DNA of 64,000 nucleotides from positions 15,800 through 79,799 of IMG/VR virus record IMGVR_UViG_3300019758_000009; one strand, 5' to 3'. Both the position numbers and the translations under genes were made by a program. This DNA comes from a virus. Of this stretch, positions 56,419 to 64,000 are shown piece by piece; position 1 is the first letter of the stretch, and each line of letters opens with the position of its first letter. Below the pieces are notes generated by a model. It searched no databases, was not told the origin of the DNA, and saw only the letters and a list, made by a program, of their open reading frames with translations.

Positions 56419-57030
56419 ATGAAAACTTTATCTGGAAGACCTTTAATTGTCGCCATCGTAGGCGAATCAGCATCCGGGAAGTCACGTATTAGTGATTACA
56501 TCGGTAAGCGATATCAGGTGCCATTAATTACTTCGCTTACGGACCGCGCTAAACGACCCAAAGAGATAGAAGATGAACGTAATGGGGTCATTTTAAATCA
56601 TTTATTTGTAACCCCTGAAGAGTTCGATGCTATACCTCCAGCAGACATGATAGCGTACACCAAGTTCGGTGATTACAGGTATTGCTGTAGAAAAGAAGAC
56701 GTCAACCCAGTGAACACTTATGTAATCGATGAAACGGGGCTAGAGATGCTTTTACAGAAATACGCCCTGGACTACGACATCGTTTCAGTGCGCATACAAT
56801 GTAACCTTTCCCAGAGAGCAAGACGCATCGCTGTTGACGGCGAAAACGTTATAAAAAGAATGTCCAGAGATATAGGTAAATTTAACCTACCTATTGACTG
56901 GTATGACTTTATTATCAATACAGATGACGGGGAGGAGCTTGCGAAACGTAGTGTAGATCGCCTAATGAGCGAATTACTTCTGGAATTTACTGACTGCAAC
57001 GCCATGGGAGACGAAACAGTTGAATATTAA
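56419..57030 (+). CDS. gmk: Guanylate kinase-like NMP kinase
   Basis: GESASGKS, S.T.R.KR..E, H.FV..EEF and YVID..G. Confidence 0.8.
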   Translation: MKTLSGRPLIVAIVGESASGKSRISDYIGKRYQVPLITSLTDRAKRPKEIEDERNGVILNHLFVTPEEFDAIPPADMIAYTKFGDYRYCCRKEDVNPVNTYVIDETGLEMLLQKYALDYDIVSVRIQCNLSQRARRIAVDGENVIKRMSRDIGKFNLPIDWYDFIINTDDGEELAKRSVDRLMSELLLEFTDCNAMGDETVEY

Positions 57031-57068
57031 CACCAAGGGGCCCCGCGCCCCTTTTTAACATTAAACTT

Positions 57069-57842
57069 ATGGCAGCACCAAAAGTAGATAAAATATACAC
57101 AGCGATAGTGCTGGATTTTGAGACAGGGGGTTTAGATTCTAAGTCTCACGGGGTCACTCAAGTAGCTATGAGCGCTGTACGCCTTGACACGTTCGAGGTT
57201 TTTGCTAATTATGACTCATACATTATACCGTACGATAAGGTAGATACCGGAGCCAAAAAGAAGGCTGTTAAGCGCAAAAAGAAAGTAGAAGCAGAACTTG
57301 CTCTGGAATTTGAAAGCAATCTTATGGATTACGACTGGAAGATGTCAACAGAGAAGATTGGTATATCAGAAAACATGTGCAAAACCCTGGGTAAGCCACT
57401 CGCTGAAGTTGTTGACGATATCATAGAGTTCGCTAAAAAGGCCAGACTTTCAACAGCTAAAGATGCCGTACCTATTATTGTGGGTCAAAACATATTGTTC
57501 GATATAGGTTTCTTGGCTCAGATGTTCGCTTTCACGGGCCAAAAAATGAAAGGAGTTTTTCATGGCAACGAAGGATTCATGGGTTTTATCCCATCAACTA
57601 TGGACACCATCAATTTGGGACGCATGTTACTGGCCCACGATAAACTTGTCAGCTCCTACAATCTTGAGACATTCGCAGAAGCTTTAGGTATCGACTTATT
57701 TGACGCTCACGATGCAGCAGCAGATGTTGAGGCCACATGCGATATTTATCGAGCATTTGCCGGTAAAATGAGGTCTGGGGATAGCGGCAACTTAAGCGGG
57801 ACAAAGAAAGTAAAAACAAGAGAACATTTTAGATTTTTGTAA
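57069..57842 (+). CDS. DEDDh 3'-5' exonuclease (DnaQ/epsilon-like)
   Basis: LDFETGGL, GQN..FD..FL, DT and AHDA..DV.AT. Confidence 0.88.
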   Translation: MAAPKVDKIYTAIVLDFETGGLDSKSHGVTQVAMSAVRLDTFEVFANYDSYIIPYDKVDTGAKKKAVKRKKKVEAELALEFESNLMDYDWKMSTEKIGISENMCKTLGKPLAEVVDDIIEFAKKARLSTAKDAVPIIVGQNILFDIGFLAQMFAFTGQKMKGVFHGNEGFMGFIPSTMDTINLGRMLLAHDKLVSSYNLETFAEALGIDLFDAHDAAADVEATCDIYRAFAGKMRSGDSGNLSGTKKVKTREHFRFL

Positions 57843-57844
57843 TC

Positions 57845-58078
57845 ATGCCAGAAGCAAAAGAAACAACCGTTCACTTTCAAGAGATGTCAGACCTCAGTAT
57901 TATCGGTGTAGTTCATCCCAAAACTCAAGAATCAATGGCTGAGATTACGGGCTATAATTTAGATGTAAAGTTCAACATGGCTCTTATCAACACCCCAGAA
58001 GATATAGATAATGTTGCTCAAGGTTTAGCAGATGCATTTAAGGAAATGTTGCTAGACAACTTAATCAATAAAGGGTAG
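57845..58078 (+). CDS. Hypothetical protein
   Basis: 77 aa ORF within the operon. Confidence 0.55.
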   Translation: MPEAKETTVHFQEMSDLSIIGVVHPKTQESMAEITGYNLDVKFNMALINTPEDIDNVAQGLADAFKEMLLDNLINKG

Positions 58079-58148
58079 TAACCATATGCGGTAAGTTACA
58101 TCTATTTTTAAATATGAAGAGACTAATGTAAACCACAAAACACACCGC

Positions 58149-58439
58149 ATGAATTATAAACAGGTAATGCTTATTTTAGGGATACTCACATGCATTGGCA
58201 CCCCGTTAGGGTTGTGGATAAAAATGAGAGTTAACAGCGCTGAGCACGCACTATTGATTGAAAGCAACACTAAAGATATTACTGAGCTTAGATTAGAGAA
58301 TGCGGCACTTAGAAAAGAGTTGAGCGAGACCAAGGTCTACTTTGAAGGCCAACTATCAGCTCTTGGAGACAAGGTAGACGAAGTACCTCAAAAAACACTA
58401 AATTTACTTAATAGCGTGAACGCTATAAGGGGAAATTAA
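58149..58439 (+). CDS. N-terminal TM plus coiled-coil protein (holin or lysis accessory candidate)
   Basis: Hydrophobic N-terminus, preceded by the late-promoter motif at 58080. Confidence 0.5.
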   Translation: MNYKQVMLILGILTCIGTPLGLWIKMRVNSAEHALLIESNTKDITELRLENAALRKELSETKVYFEGQLSALGDKVDEVPQKTLNLLNSVNAIRGN

Positions 58440-58492
58440 TTATTAGCCGGGTAGTTCCCGGCTTTTTTTGGATATAGCAAAAAATTAAACGT

Positions 58493-59131
58493 ATGGCAGA
58501 AGATAAAAAAAAGAAGCGTAAAATCACGCCTAAAGACAGAAAGCGTAGACGTGACCAAATAATAGAGGCTGGAATTAAACAAAACGCCTTGGTGAGGGAG
58601 CAGAAAGAAGCTGAAGAATTGGCGCTATCAAAGGAAATGCCTTTAAAACATAAGGCGTTTATAGACCTCTATGTATGGGGTGACTCCCAGCACCAAGGAA
58701 ACGCGGCCGCATGCTACTCAAAAGTCTTTAATGATACAAATATGGCTCAATGCAGTACTAATGGAAGGAAACTGCTTAAAAGAGATCATGTTTCCACATA
58801 TTTAGCTGAACAGATATCGGGTTTCGAGGATCTTATTAAAATAGAGAAGATAAAAAACATCAATACTCTCACAAAAATCAGAGACGAGATGGCCACAGCT
58901 AAATACACGAATAGATTCGGCGAAATTAATGGTGTACCAGCTTGCAGAAGCGTATCCATTAAAGCTGCTGAGACTGTCAATAAAATGATGGGGTTTGATA
59001 AGCCTAAAGAAATAAACGTAAATCACGGCTCCAATGAGCAGGGTGTTGTGTTTAACCTTATAGTCCCCCCCACTGTTTCTCCTGAAAGTCGGGACATTAC
59101 AATTGATATCACTCCACACGAAGATCTGTAA
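58493..59131 (+). CDS. Terminase small subunit-like protein
   Basis: HKAFIDLYV...NAAACY...GRKLLK..V..YL and KAAE...KMMG. Confidence 0.65.
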   Translation: MAEDKKKKRKITPKDRKRRRDQIIEAGIKQNALVREQKEAEELALSKEMPLKHKAFIDLYVWGDSQHQGNAAACYSKVFNDTNMAQCSTNGRKLLKRDHVSTYLAEQISGFEDLIKIEKIKNINTLTKIRDEMATAKYTNRFGEINGVPACRSVSIKAAETVNKMMGFDKPKEINVNHGSNEQGVVFNLIVPPTVSPESRDITIDITPHEDL

Positions 59132-59154
59132 TTTATAACACTTAAATATATGAT

Positions 59155-60174
59155 ATGTACTTTTTCTTAGAAACAAACAGGTGGGTGGTAAAGAAGGATT
59201 CACTTACACACGAAACCTACCCATCTCCAGGAGATTATTATTTAGGGGTATCTGGCGATACTGTTGATATATTGGCCGCTGCTAGAAATAAAAGAAACTT
59301 ACTCGTAGGACAGCGCGTTACCTCTATATATAAAAATAGACAACAAGAAACATACACCTCTATAGAGGAATTCGTTACTATTACGGCCTCGTTCTTTAAA
59401 GCCGATATATTTTCACTCCTAAGTTCAGATGGATTTATGGCTAAAGCAGCTCTTGGAAAGGTGTACGGAGTTAGCCATATATCTAAATTCGGAGAAAATC
59501 CAGACATAGGAATTACTTCCACGCCAGAAGATTTATGGAACCAAGGAGGAGTTTATACATATAGCAACACAGCCGACATTGACTCAGTATCTAGCGAATC
59601 CCCAGGGGATATTATAGATGTAGTCATAGAGGGCTTAGATGAAAATAACCTAGAAATATCTCAAACAGTTACATTAGATGGGAATAACAGAGTGCCGATA
59701 CCTATTCCTTTTATTATTGTCCATAGAGCATATTGTAAGGGTGAGGTACCTAATATTGGTACAGTATATATTTTTAAAAACACCCCACTGGCATTAGGGG
59801 TACCTATTGATAAGTCTACCATCAGAGGCGCATTTACTTCAGAATCCAGGCAAACTGAGATGGCTATATATAGGGTTCCCGCTGGAAAGACTGGACTGTA
59901 TTATGAGGGTTTTGTTGCTGTAAGCAGAGGTAGCGACGGCAATGCTGAAATGACTCTAAAAACAAGGCTTCCAGGAGGCGTTTTTCGGGTTAAGCGAAGA
60001 GTAGCGGTTAATAGCGGAGGAAGCTCACATTGGAGGGCTATATATTCTATCCCTAAAGTCATAACCGAGATGACTGACATTAAATTCACGTGTGAGTCAG
60101 TATCGGCCAATAAAACCGGGGTATCTGGAGGTTTCGAGATGTTGGTGTTAGACAATAGTTTTTGGGGCCTTTAA
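59155..60174 (+). CDS. Hypothetical virion-associated protein
   Basis: Beta-rich, with KFGENPD..EDLW, V.IEGLD.N and Y.VPAGKT. Confidence 0.5.
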   Translation: MYFFLETNRWVVKKDSLTHETYPSPGDYYLGVSGDTVDILAAARNKRNLLVGQRVTSIYKNRQQETYTSIEEFVTITASFFKADIFSLLSSDGFMAKAALGKVYGVSHISKFGENPDIGITSTPEDLWNQGGVYTYSNTADIDSVSSESPGDIIDVVIEGLDENNLEISQTVTLDGNNRVPIPIPFIIVHRAYCKGEVPNIGTVYIFKNTPLALGVPIDKSTIRGAFTSESRQTEMAIYRVPAGKTGLYYEGFVAVSRGSDGNAEMTLKTRLPGGVFRVKRRVAVNSGGSSHWRAIYSIPKVITEMTDIKFTCESVSANKTGVSGGFEMLVLDNSFWGL

Positions 60175-60258
60175 AAAAAATAACAAATGAGTTGCAGATC
60201 TAAGATATTATATTTAGATTTGCAGCTCATTCTTTTTATAACAGTAAAACTATAGCTT

Positions 60259-60873
60259 ATGACAAAATTAAAATTAATACTAACAGGCCTAATGTTGTTA
60301 AGTTTAACATTCAGTTATTTCGCAGCAAAAGAAGTTCTTTCTTTGCGTAAGGAAAATAAGCGATTAACTAACAACCAATCCATATTGGTGGAAGCAGGCA
60401 ATCAAGAACGCCAGCATTGGAAACAGCTGGAGTTAACAGTGAGTGAAATGCAGCAGGTCATCGATAATGACTTGACGCTCAAAACGGTCTTAGAAGACTC
60501 TCTCAGGGTTAAAGCGAAGAGAATTAAACACCTAACCCACGCCATAAGTCGTGCAGAACTCAATATACATGCGCCACTAAGAGATACTGTCGTACATGTA
60601 ATTGACTCAACTATGAAGGCTCCTGTAATGATGGAGGCTCAAACATTTTCATGGGAAAACCCCTATTATACAGCGCGTGGCATTGTTATGGAAAAAGATA
60701 TCGATATGCGTATTGTTAGTGTAGACACAATCTACTACATGACCGTCAATGAGAAGTATAGCAAGTGGTTTCTCCCTAAAATATTTGAGAAGCCAACACC
60801 TGTGACAAAAATATGGAATATGAACCCCGATCAATATATCGAGGTAATTAAAAGTATTAACGTAAACAAATAA
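60259..60873 (+). CDS. Spanin-like protein (DUF6549-like)
   Basis: N-terminal TM, E..RL..NQ..L coiled coil, L.VK.KRI and NP...I; directly upstream of the lysozyme. Confidence 0.55.
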   Translation: MTKLKLILTGLMLLSLTFSYFAAKEVLSLRKENKRLTNNQSILVEAGNQERQHWKQLELTVSEMQQVIDNDLTLKTVLEDSLRVKAKRIKHLTHAISRAELNIHAPLRDTVVHVIDSTMKAPVMMEAQTFSWENPYYTARGIVMEKDIDMRIVSVDTIYYMTVNEKYSKWFLPKIFEKPTPVTKIWNMNPDQYIEVIKSINVNK

Positions 60874-60874
60874 T

Positions 60875-61459
60875 ATGAGGAAAATAATATTAGGGCTTTT
60901 CATAATAAGCTCATCTTTCTTCCAGTCATTGAACTTGGAAGCTGTAACACCAGCTAATCTTAGCTATGTTATAACTAACGATTTTATCAAGCAAATACAC
61001 ACCGAAAGAGCTAATACAGCTATGTTTGAAGAGGCTGTGTTAGTTATTAAAAAGTACGAAACTATCCACGGCCCTGGGCACCACCCTTACATTGGGTATG
61101 GCCACATGTTAATTCCTGAAGACTCATTATTGACACTTCCAGTAACAGAAGCTCAGGCTGACTCGATTTTACGGGTAGACTTAAGGAAAAAGATGGCCTT
61201 TTTTAAAGGTGATTTTAAGACTAGGTTGTTGTTAGGTATGTTGAGCTATAACGTTGGCCAGTACCGCCTCATTAACACCAAAGGTAAACCTATTAGCAAT
61301 ATAGCCAGGATTATGCTTGCCGATAGCAATTCTGATAACGTAAACAGAGCTGCGGCCAGGCGAGAATATTCGAACTGGAGACGCTGGAATGGCAAGATAA
61401 TAAAGTCAATAGAAAGAAGAAGAGGTGAAGAGTTCGATATTATTTTTCCAAAAATATAA
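60875..61459 (+). CDS. GH24 lysozyme with N-terminal signal/anchor
   Basis: IKKYE...YIGYGH, TEAQADSILR.DL, LSYNVG and W.GK....RRR.EEF. Confidence 0.8.
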   Translation: MRKIILGLFIISSSFFQSLNLEAVTPANLSYVITNDFIKQIHTERANTAMFEEAVLVIKKYETIHGPGHHPYIGYGHMLIPEDSLLTLPVTEAQADSILRVDLRKKMAFFKGDFKTRLLLGMLSYNVGQYRLINTKGKPISNIARIMLADSNSDNVNRAAARREYSNWRRWNGKIIKSIERRRGEEFDIIFPKI

Positions 61460-61518
61460 AATAAAGTTTGGAATTACGAAATAAAGCATTACATTTGTAT
61501 CACAATAAAACGTAGCGT

Positions 61519-61857
61519 ATGATAACAGAAGCAACCGAAGGAACATCAGTAGTAATTACAGGGTCAAGTGATTTAGCAGAGGCAGGGTTAAACACCTTAA
61601 TTGGAAGAAAAGGTATTGTCATCGAGGCCCGAGTAGGCAAAGATGTTCGCCGTAACAATCGAGGCTACTGGGTTAAGATCTCTGGGGAAGGGTTTCAAGG
61701 TACCGATACATGGTTTATCCCGCGGGTGTCAGTAACTATTGAAAAGCCCAAAAAAGCAAAAGATGCAAATATTACCCGAGGCGATGCTGCTGAGCCGAAT
61801 ATTAAAATTACCTATGAAGAAGGTTCAGGGGTAGCGAATGTCGAGTCAGTGCGATAA
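61519..61857 (+). CDS. Hypothetical protein (SH3-like N-terminus)
   Basis: TAGCGT-ATG start, preceded by a TACATTTG promoter. Confidence 0.6.
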   Translation: MITEATEGTSVVITGSSDLAEAGLNTLIGRKGIVIEARVGKDVRRNNRGYWVKISGEGFQGTDTWFIPRVSVTIEKPKKAKDANITRGDAAEPNIKITYEEGSGVANVESVR

Positions 61858-62168
61858 TAAAAAGAAGTAAGCATAACCTTTTAATGTAAGGTTTTACTAT
61901 TATTAATTACATCGGGCGTAAAATGATGTTACTCTATTTCATGTTATATTCTTTAAAGAATTTTACGCCTATTGCACGTTCTCGCCCATGGCGTGTGATT
62001 ACTTGGAGGCTGAGATTGTAGATAGTTGGCATTACTTTGCCCGTTCCTGCAATCAAAACGCCTCAATGGGATGCCAAAAGAGTAGCTATACAGATAGCGA
62101 ACAACGAGGCGTCATTAGACATCCACGCCTACAACCCAGTTATGGGAGAGACTTTTGGGGGTGTTTTT

Positions 62169-62259
62169 GGAGGGGTGGCAGAGCCCGGTTTATTGCGGCG
62201 GTCTTGAAAACCGTTGGCCATGTAAAAGTGGTCCCTGGGTTCGAATCCCAGCCCCTCTT
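62169..62259 (+). tRNA. tRNA-Ser (TGA)
   Basis: GGAGGGG/CCCCTCT acceptor, GCGGT-CTTGAAA-ACCGT anticodon arm, long variable arm and GGTTCGAATCC. Confidence 0.92.
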
Positions 62260-62459
62260 CACCAAAACGGTACAGGTTCAATAAAATCTGAAATTCAGAT
62301 ACCTAAACGGGAGGCTGGTACCGTCTGTAATTAGTTAACAATGAATGTGGCCGCGTCTTGCGCAAGAGACTTGATTTCCGGCAGGGGTGATGGTATTAAA
62401 ATCAGTAGCATCCGTGTGCGACTCATGGAGGTTTTATCGCGCCACATTTTTAAAATATA

Positions 62460-62531
62460 TGTGGGGAGCGTGTTGGTTCGCTCGGGGGCTCATAACCCAC
62501 CAGTACGGAGGTTCGATTCCTCCTCCCGCTA
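62460..62531 (+). tRNA. tRNA-Met (CAT), initiator-like
   Basis: 1:72 mismatch (T/T), GGG-CTCATAA-CCC anticodon and T-arm GGAGG-TTCGATT-CCTCC. Confidence 0.85.
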
Positions 62532-62544
62532 CTATTGTTATTCT

Positions 62545-62803
62545 GTGATACCTTTATGGTACTTACTCAGGACCGGGGTTCGACTCCCCGCAGCTCCACT
62601 CGATGCCGATTAAAAGGTTACCCAAGATTGATTAATGATCGCTTGGGAAAATACTCGGGGCTGGCACTGGATTTTGACTGGTATGAGACTGGAAAGGAGG
62701 AGGGTAATGATTACCGCTATAACAGGCAAAACTATTACACACAACTTCACTCAGCTTAGAGCTGTAGCGTAGTTACGTACTGATCCCACGTAATAGGGAT
62801 CAA
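62545..62803 (+). ncRNA. ssrA: Circularly permuted (two-piece) tmRNA
   Basis: The 3' acceptor piece (T-arm 62574-62590, CAGCTCC-A 62591-62598) precedes the 5' piece GGGGCTG (62657). It has a G3-U70 pair and tag ORF 62725-62772 GKTITHNFTQLRAVA*. Confidence 0.85.
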
Positions 62804-62805
62804 AA

Positions 62806-62879
62806 CTGGAAGCGATCCAATGGCGCGGTTACCTCACTTGGACTGAGGGTTATTGTAGGTTCGATCCCTACCTTCCGGA
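62806..62879 (+). tRNA. tRNA-Pro (TGG)
   Basis: CTGGAAG/CTTCCGG acceptor, CCTCA-CTTGGAC-TGAGG anticodon arm and GTAGG-TTCGATC-CCTAC T-arm. Confidence 0.88.
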
Positions 62880-63160
62880 CTTTAATTTATCTGCCAGCAT
62901 AACCCATCAGAGAAAGTTTACCAGATGAAGCCGGTGTGTACAGCTGGTGGATGGTAAAGACATGTTGCGCGAAGACTCGCGCAGGGTCATTGGGTATAAA
63001 ACCTATTTCCCCGTTGAAATAAAGCGCGCTCGGGGTGGTAAGTTCCTTATGTTAATATTAAGGTAGCGAGCACAATGTCTCGGTAAATTGCGCAATGGTG
63101 AGTTATAGGATCTCATCGTAGTTATAGTTATCGTTAGGGTTGTGCTTATGGTAACTATCT

Positions 63161-63232
63161 GGTCCGCTCGTCTAATGGTTAGGACACTAGGTTTTCATCC
63201 TAGAAATAGGGGTTCAATTCCCCTGCGGACTT
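63161..63232 (+). tRNA. tRNA-Glu (TTC)
   Basis: GGTCCGC/GCGGACT acceptor, CTAGG-TTTTCAT-CCTAG anticodon arm and AGGGG-TTCAATT-CCCCT T-arm. Confidence 0.92.
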
Positions 63233-63346
63233 CAAATTCTTAGGGAGAACCATCGACTGTAATAGGCTGATGTTATATTGCACGAGAATGCTGTAGTGAG
63301 GTGTATGAGGGATGCCCATTTCCCCTATTAAGAAGCTATAACACAC

Positions 63347-63431
63347 AGAGAGGTGGCTGAGCGGTTTAAGGTTCCAGTTTGCTAAATTGGCGGTCGTAAT
63401 TGATCCACGGGTTCGAATCCCGTTCTCTCTT
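63347..63431 (+). tRNA. tRNA-Ser (GCT)
   Basis: AGAGAGG/TCTCTCT acceptor, CCAGT-TTGCTAA-ATTGG anticodon arm, long variable arm and GGTTCGAATCC. Confidence 0.9.
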
Positions 63432-63497
63432 CAGCTAGGTAGTAAAAAGTCGTGTAAGATAACCAGTTCTATGGCGACCGCCTAGCTATACAGTTCT

Positions 63498-63580
63498 GCG
63501 GGTATGGCGAAATCGGTAGACGCGCTGGGCTTAAACTCCAGTGCCTTTTTGGTGTGTGGGTTCGACTCCCTCTACCCGCA
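63498..63580 (+). tRNA. tRNA-Leu (TAA)
   Basis: GCGGGTA/TACCCGC acceptor, CTGGG-CTTAAAC-TCCAG anticodon arm, variable arm and GGTTCGACTCC. Confidence 0.92.
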
Positions 63581-63738
63581 CGAGGCCGCTATGTATGATT
63601 GCGGTAACGACTCCAGATATCCGTACTACTCTGGAAAGCAAAGGCTACATCTCTTAAATGAGGTGTGGCCTTTGTTGGTTTTCTAACCAAATAGTTACCT
63701 CATGTTCTATTTTCAGGTGTAACTAAAATAATAACTAT

Positions 63739-64000
63739 ATGGCAAAAATTGTATTTCAAGACGCGTTAAGTGGAGACACTTTTAACGGCCAAGAATTCGA
63801 GCTGCATGTCAACGATACCCCTGTTGATATTACTGGAGCAAGGATTGATTGCTGGATGCGCCAAGGCAGTACCATTGGAGGTATCAGAAAAAAATTGAGC
63901 ACAACTACCGGCAACATTAAGATCATTAATGCGCTATTAGGGCAGTTCGTTATAAGCTCATTCAGGGTTGACTTACCTCCAGACACATATTTTTTCGATA
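63739..64000 (+). CDS. BppU-like virion protein, partial (runs off the window end)
   Basis: MAKIVFQDALSGDTF...PVDITGARI..MR...G.I.I..A..GQF; preceded by the late-promoter motif at 63685. Confidence 0.6.
   Translation, partial: MAKIVFQDALSGDTFNGQEFELHVNDTPVDITGARIDCWMRQGSTIGGIRKKLSTTTGNIKIINALLGQFVISSFRVDLPPDTYFFD

Noticed and set aside
62344-63158. RNase P RNA, SRP RNA, 6S RNA or HDV-like (theta) ribozyme identities for the spacer RNAs
   Set aside because: I could not find the required conserved elements by eye (GAGGAAAGUCC with GGCUUA, CAGG-GNRA-AGCAG, or the nested double pseudoknot). They are left unassigned.
61988-63686. ORFs 61988-62284, 62341-62613, 62535-62759 and 63504-63686
   Set aside because: They overlap tRNA or tmRNA genes and are spurious.
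1-64000. Stop-codon reassignment
   Set aside because: Genes are intact under the standard code, all three stop codons end genes, and there is no suppressor tRNA in the window.

Overview
This window is 64 kb of a large, AT-rich myovirus-type phage or phage-plasmid. The host is probably a Bacteroidota bacterium, judged from repeated TAnnTTTG promoters, SD-less A-rich start regions, and DUF4494/DUF2586/DUF6046-like genes. Layout: (1) 1-6.5 kb is a minus-strand block with NAD-dependent ligase, a nucleotidyltransferase, dUTPase, an M15 endolysin, a Bro-N antirepressor and a tandem-wHTH initiator-like gene. (2) A strand-switch region carries four 21-22 bp-periodic iteron-like repeats. (3) 7-35 kb is a Mu-like head plus contractile tail, baseplate and fibre module. 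(4) 35.7-58 kb holds nucleotide metabolism and replication genes (ThyX-like, NrdG/NrdD, SSB-like, SbcCD, RuvC, ECF sigma, DnaB, primase, two-gene DnaE, DEDDh exonuclease). (5) TerS-like, lysis and virion genes follow. (6) 61.9-63.7 kb is an RNA cluster with six tRNAs. Top observations: a circularly permuted, miniaturised two-piece tmRNA gene with tag GKTITHNFTQLRAVA; a predicted -1 frameshift fusing the portal to the gpF-like head protein, using the same GTA-AAT-TTW signal as the tail-chaperone frameshift; DnaE split by a catalytically degenerate split-intein relic that may act as a non-splicing clasp; an AACCA-N17-CTATT promoter motif before late genes that fits the phage ECF sigma; and several unidentified structured RNAs between the tRNAs. 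All family assignments were made by eye, with no database searches.
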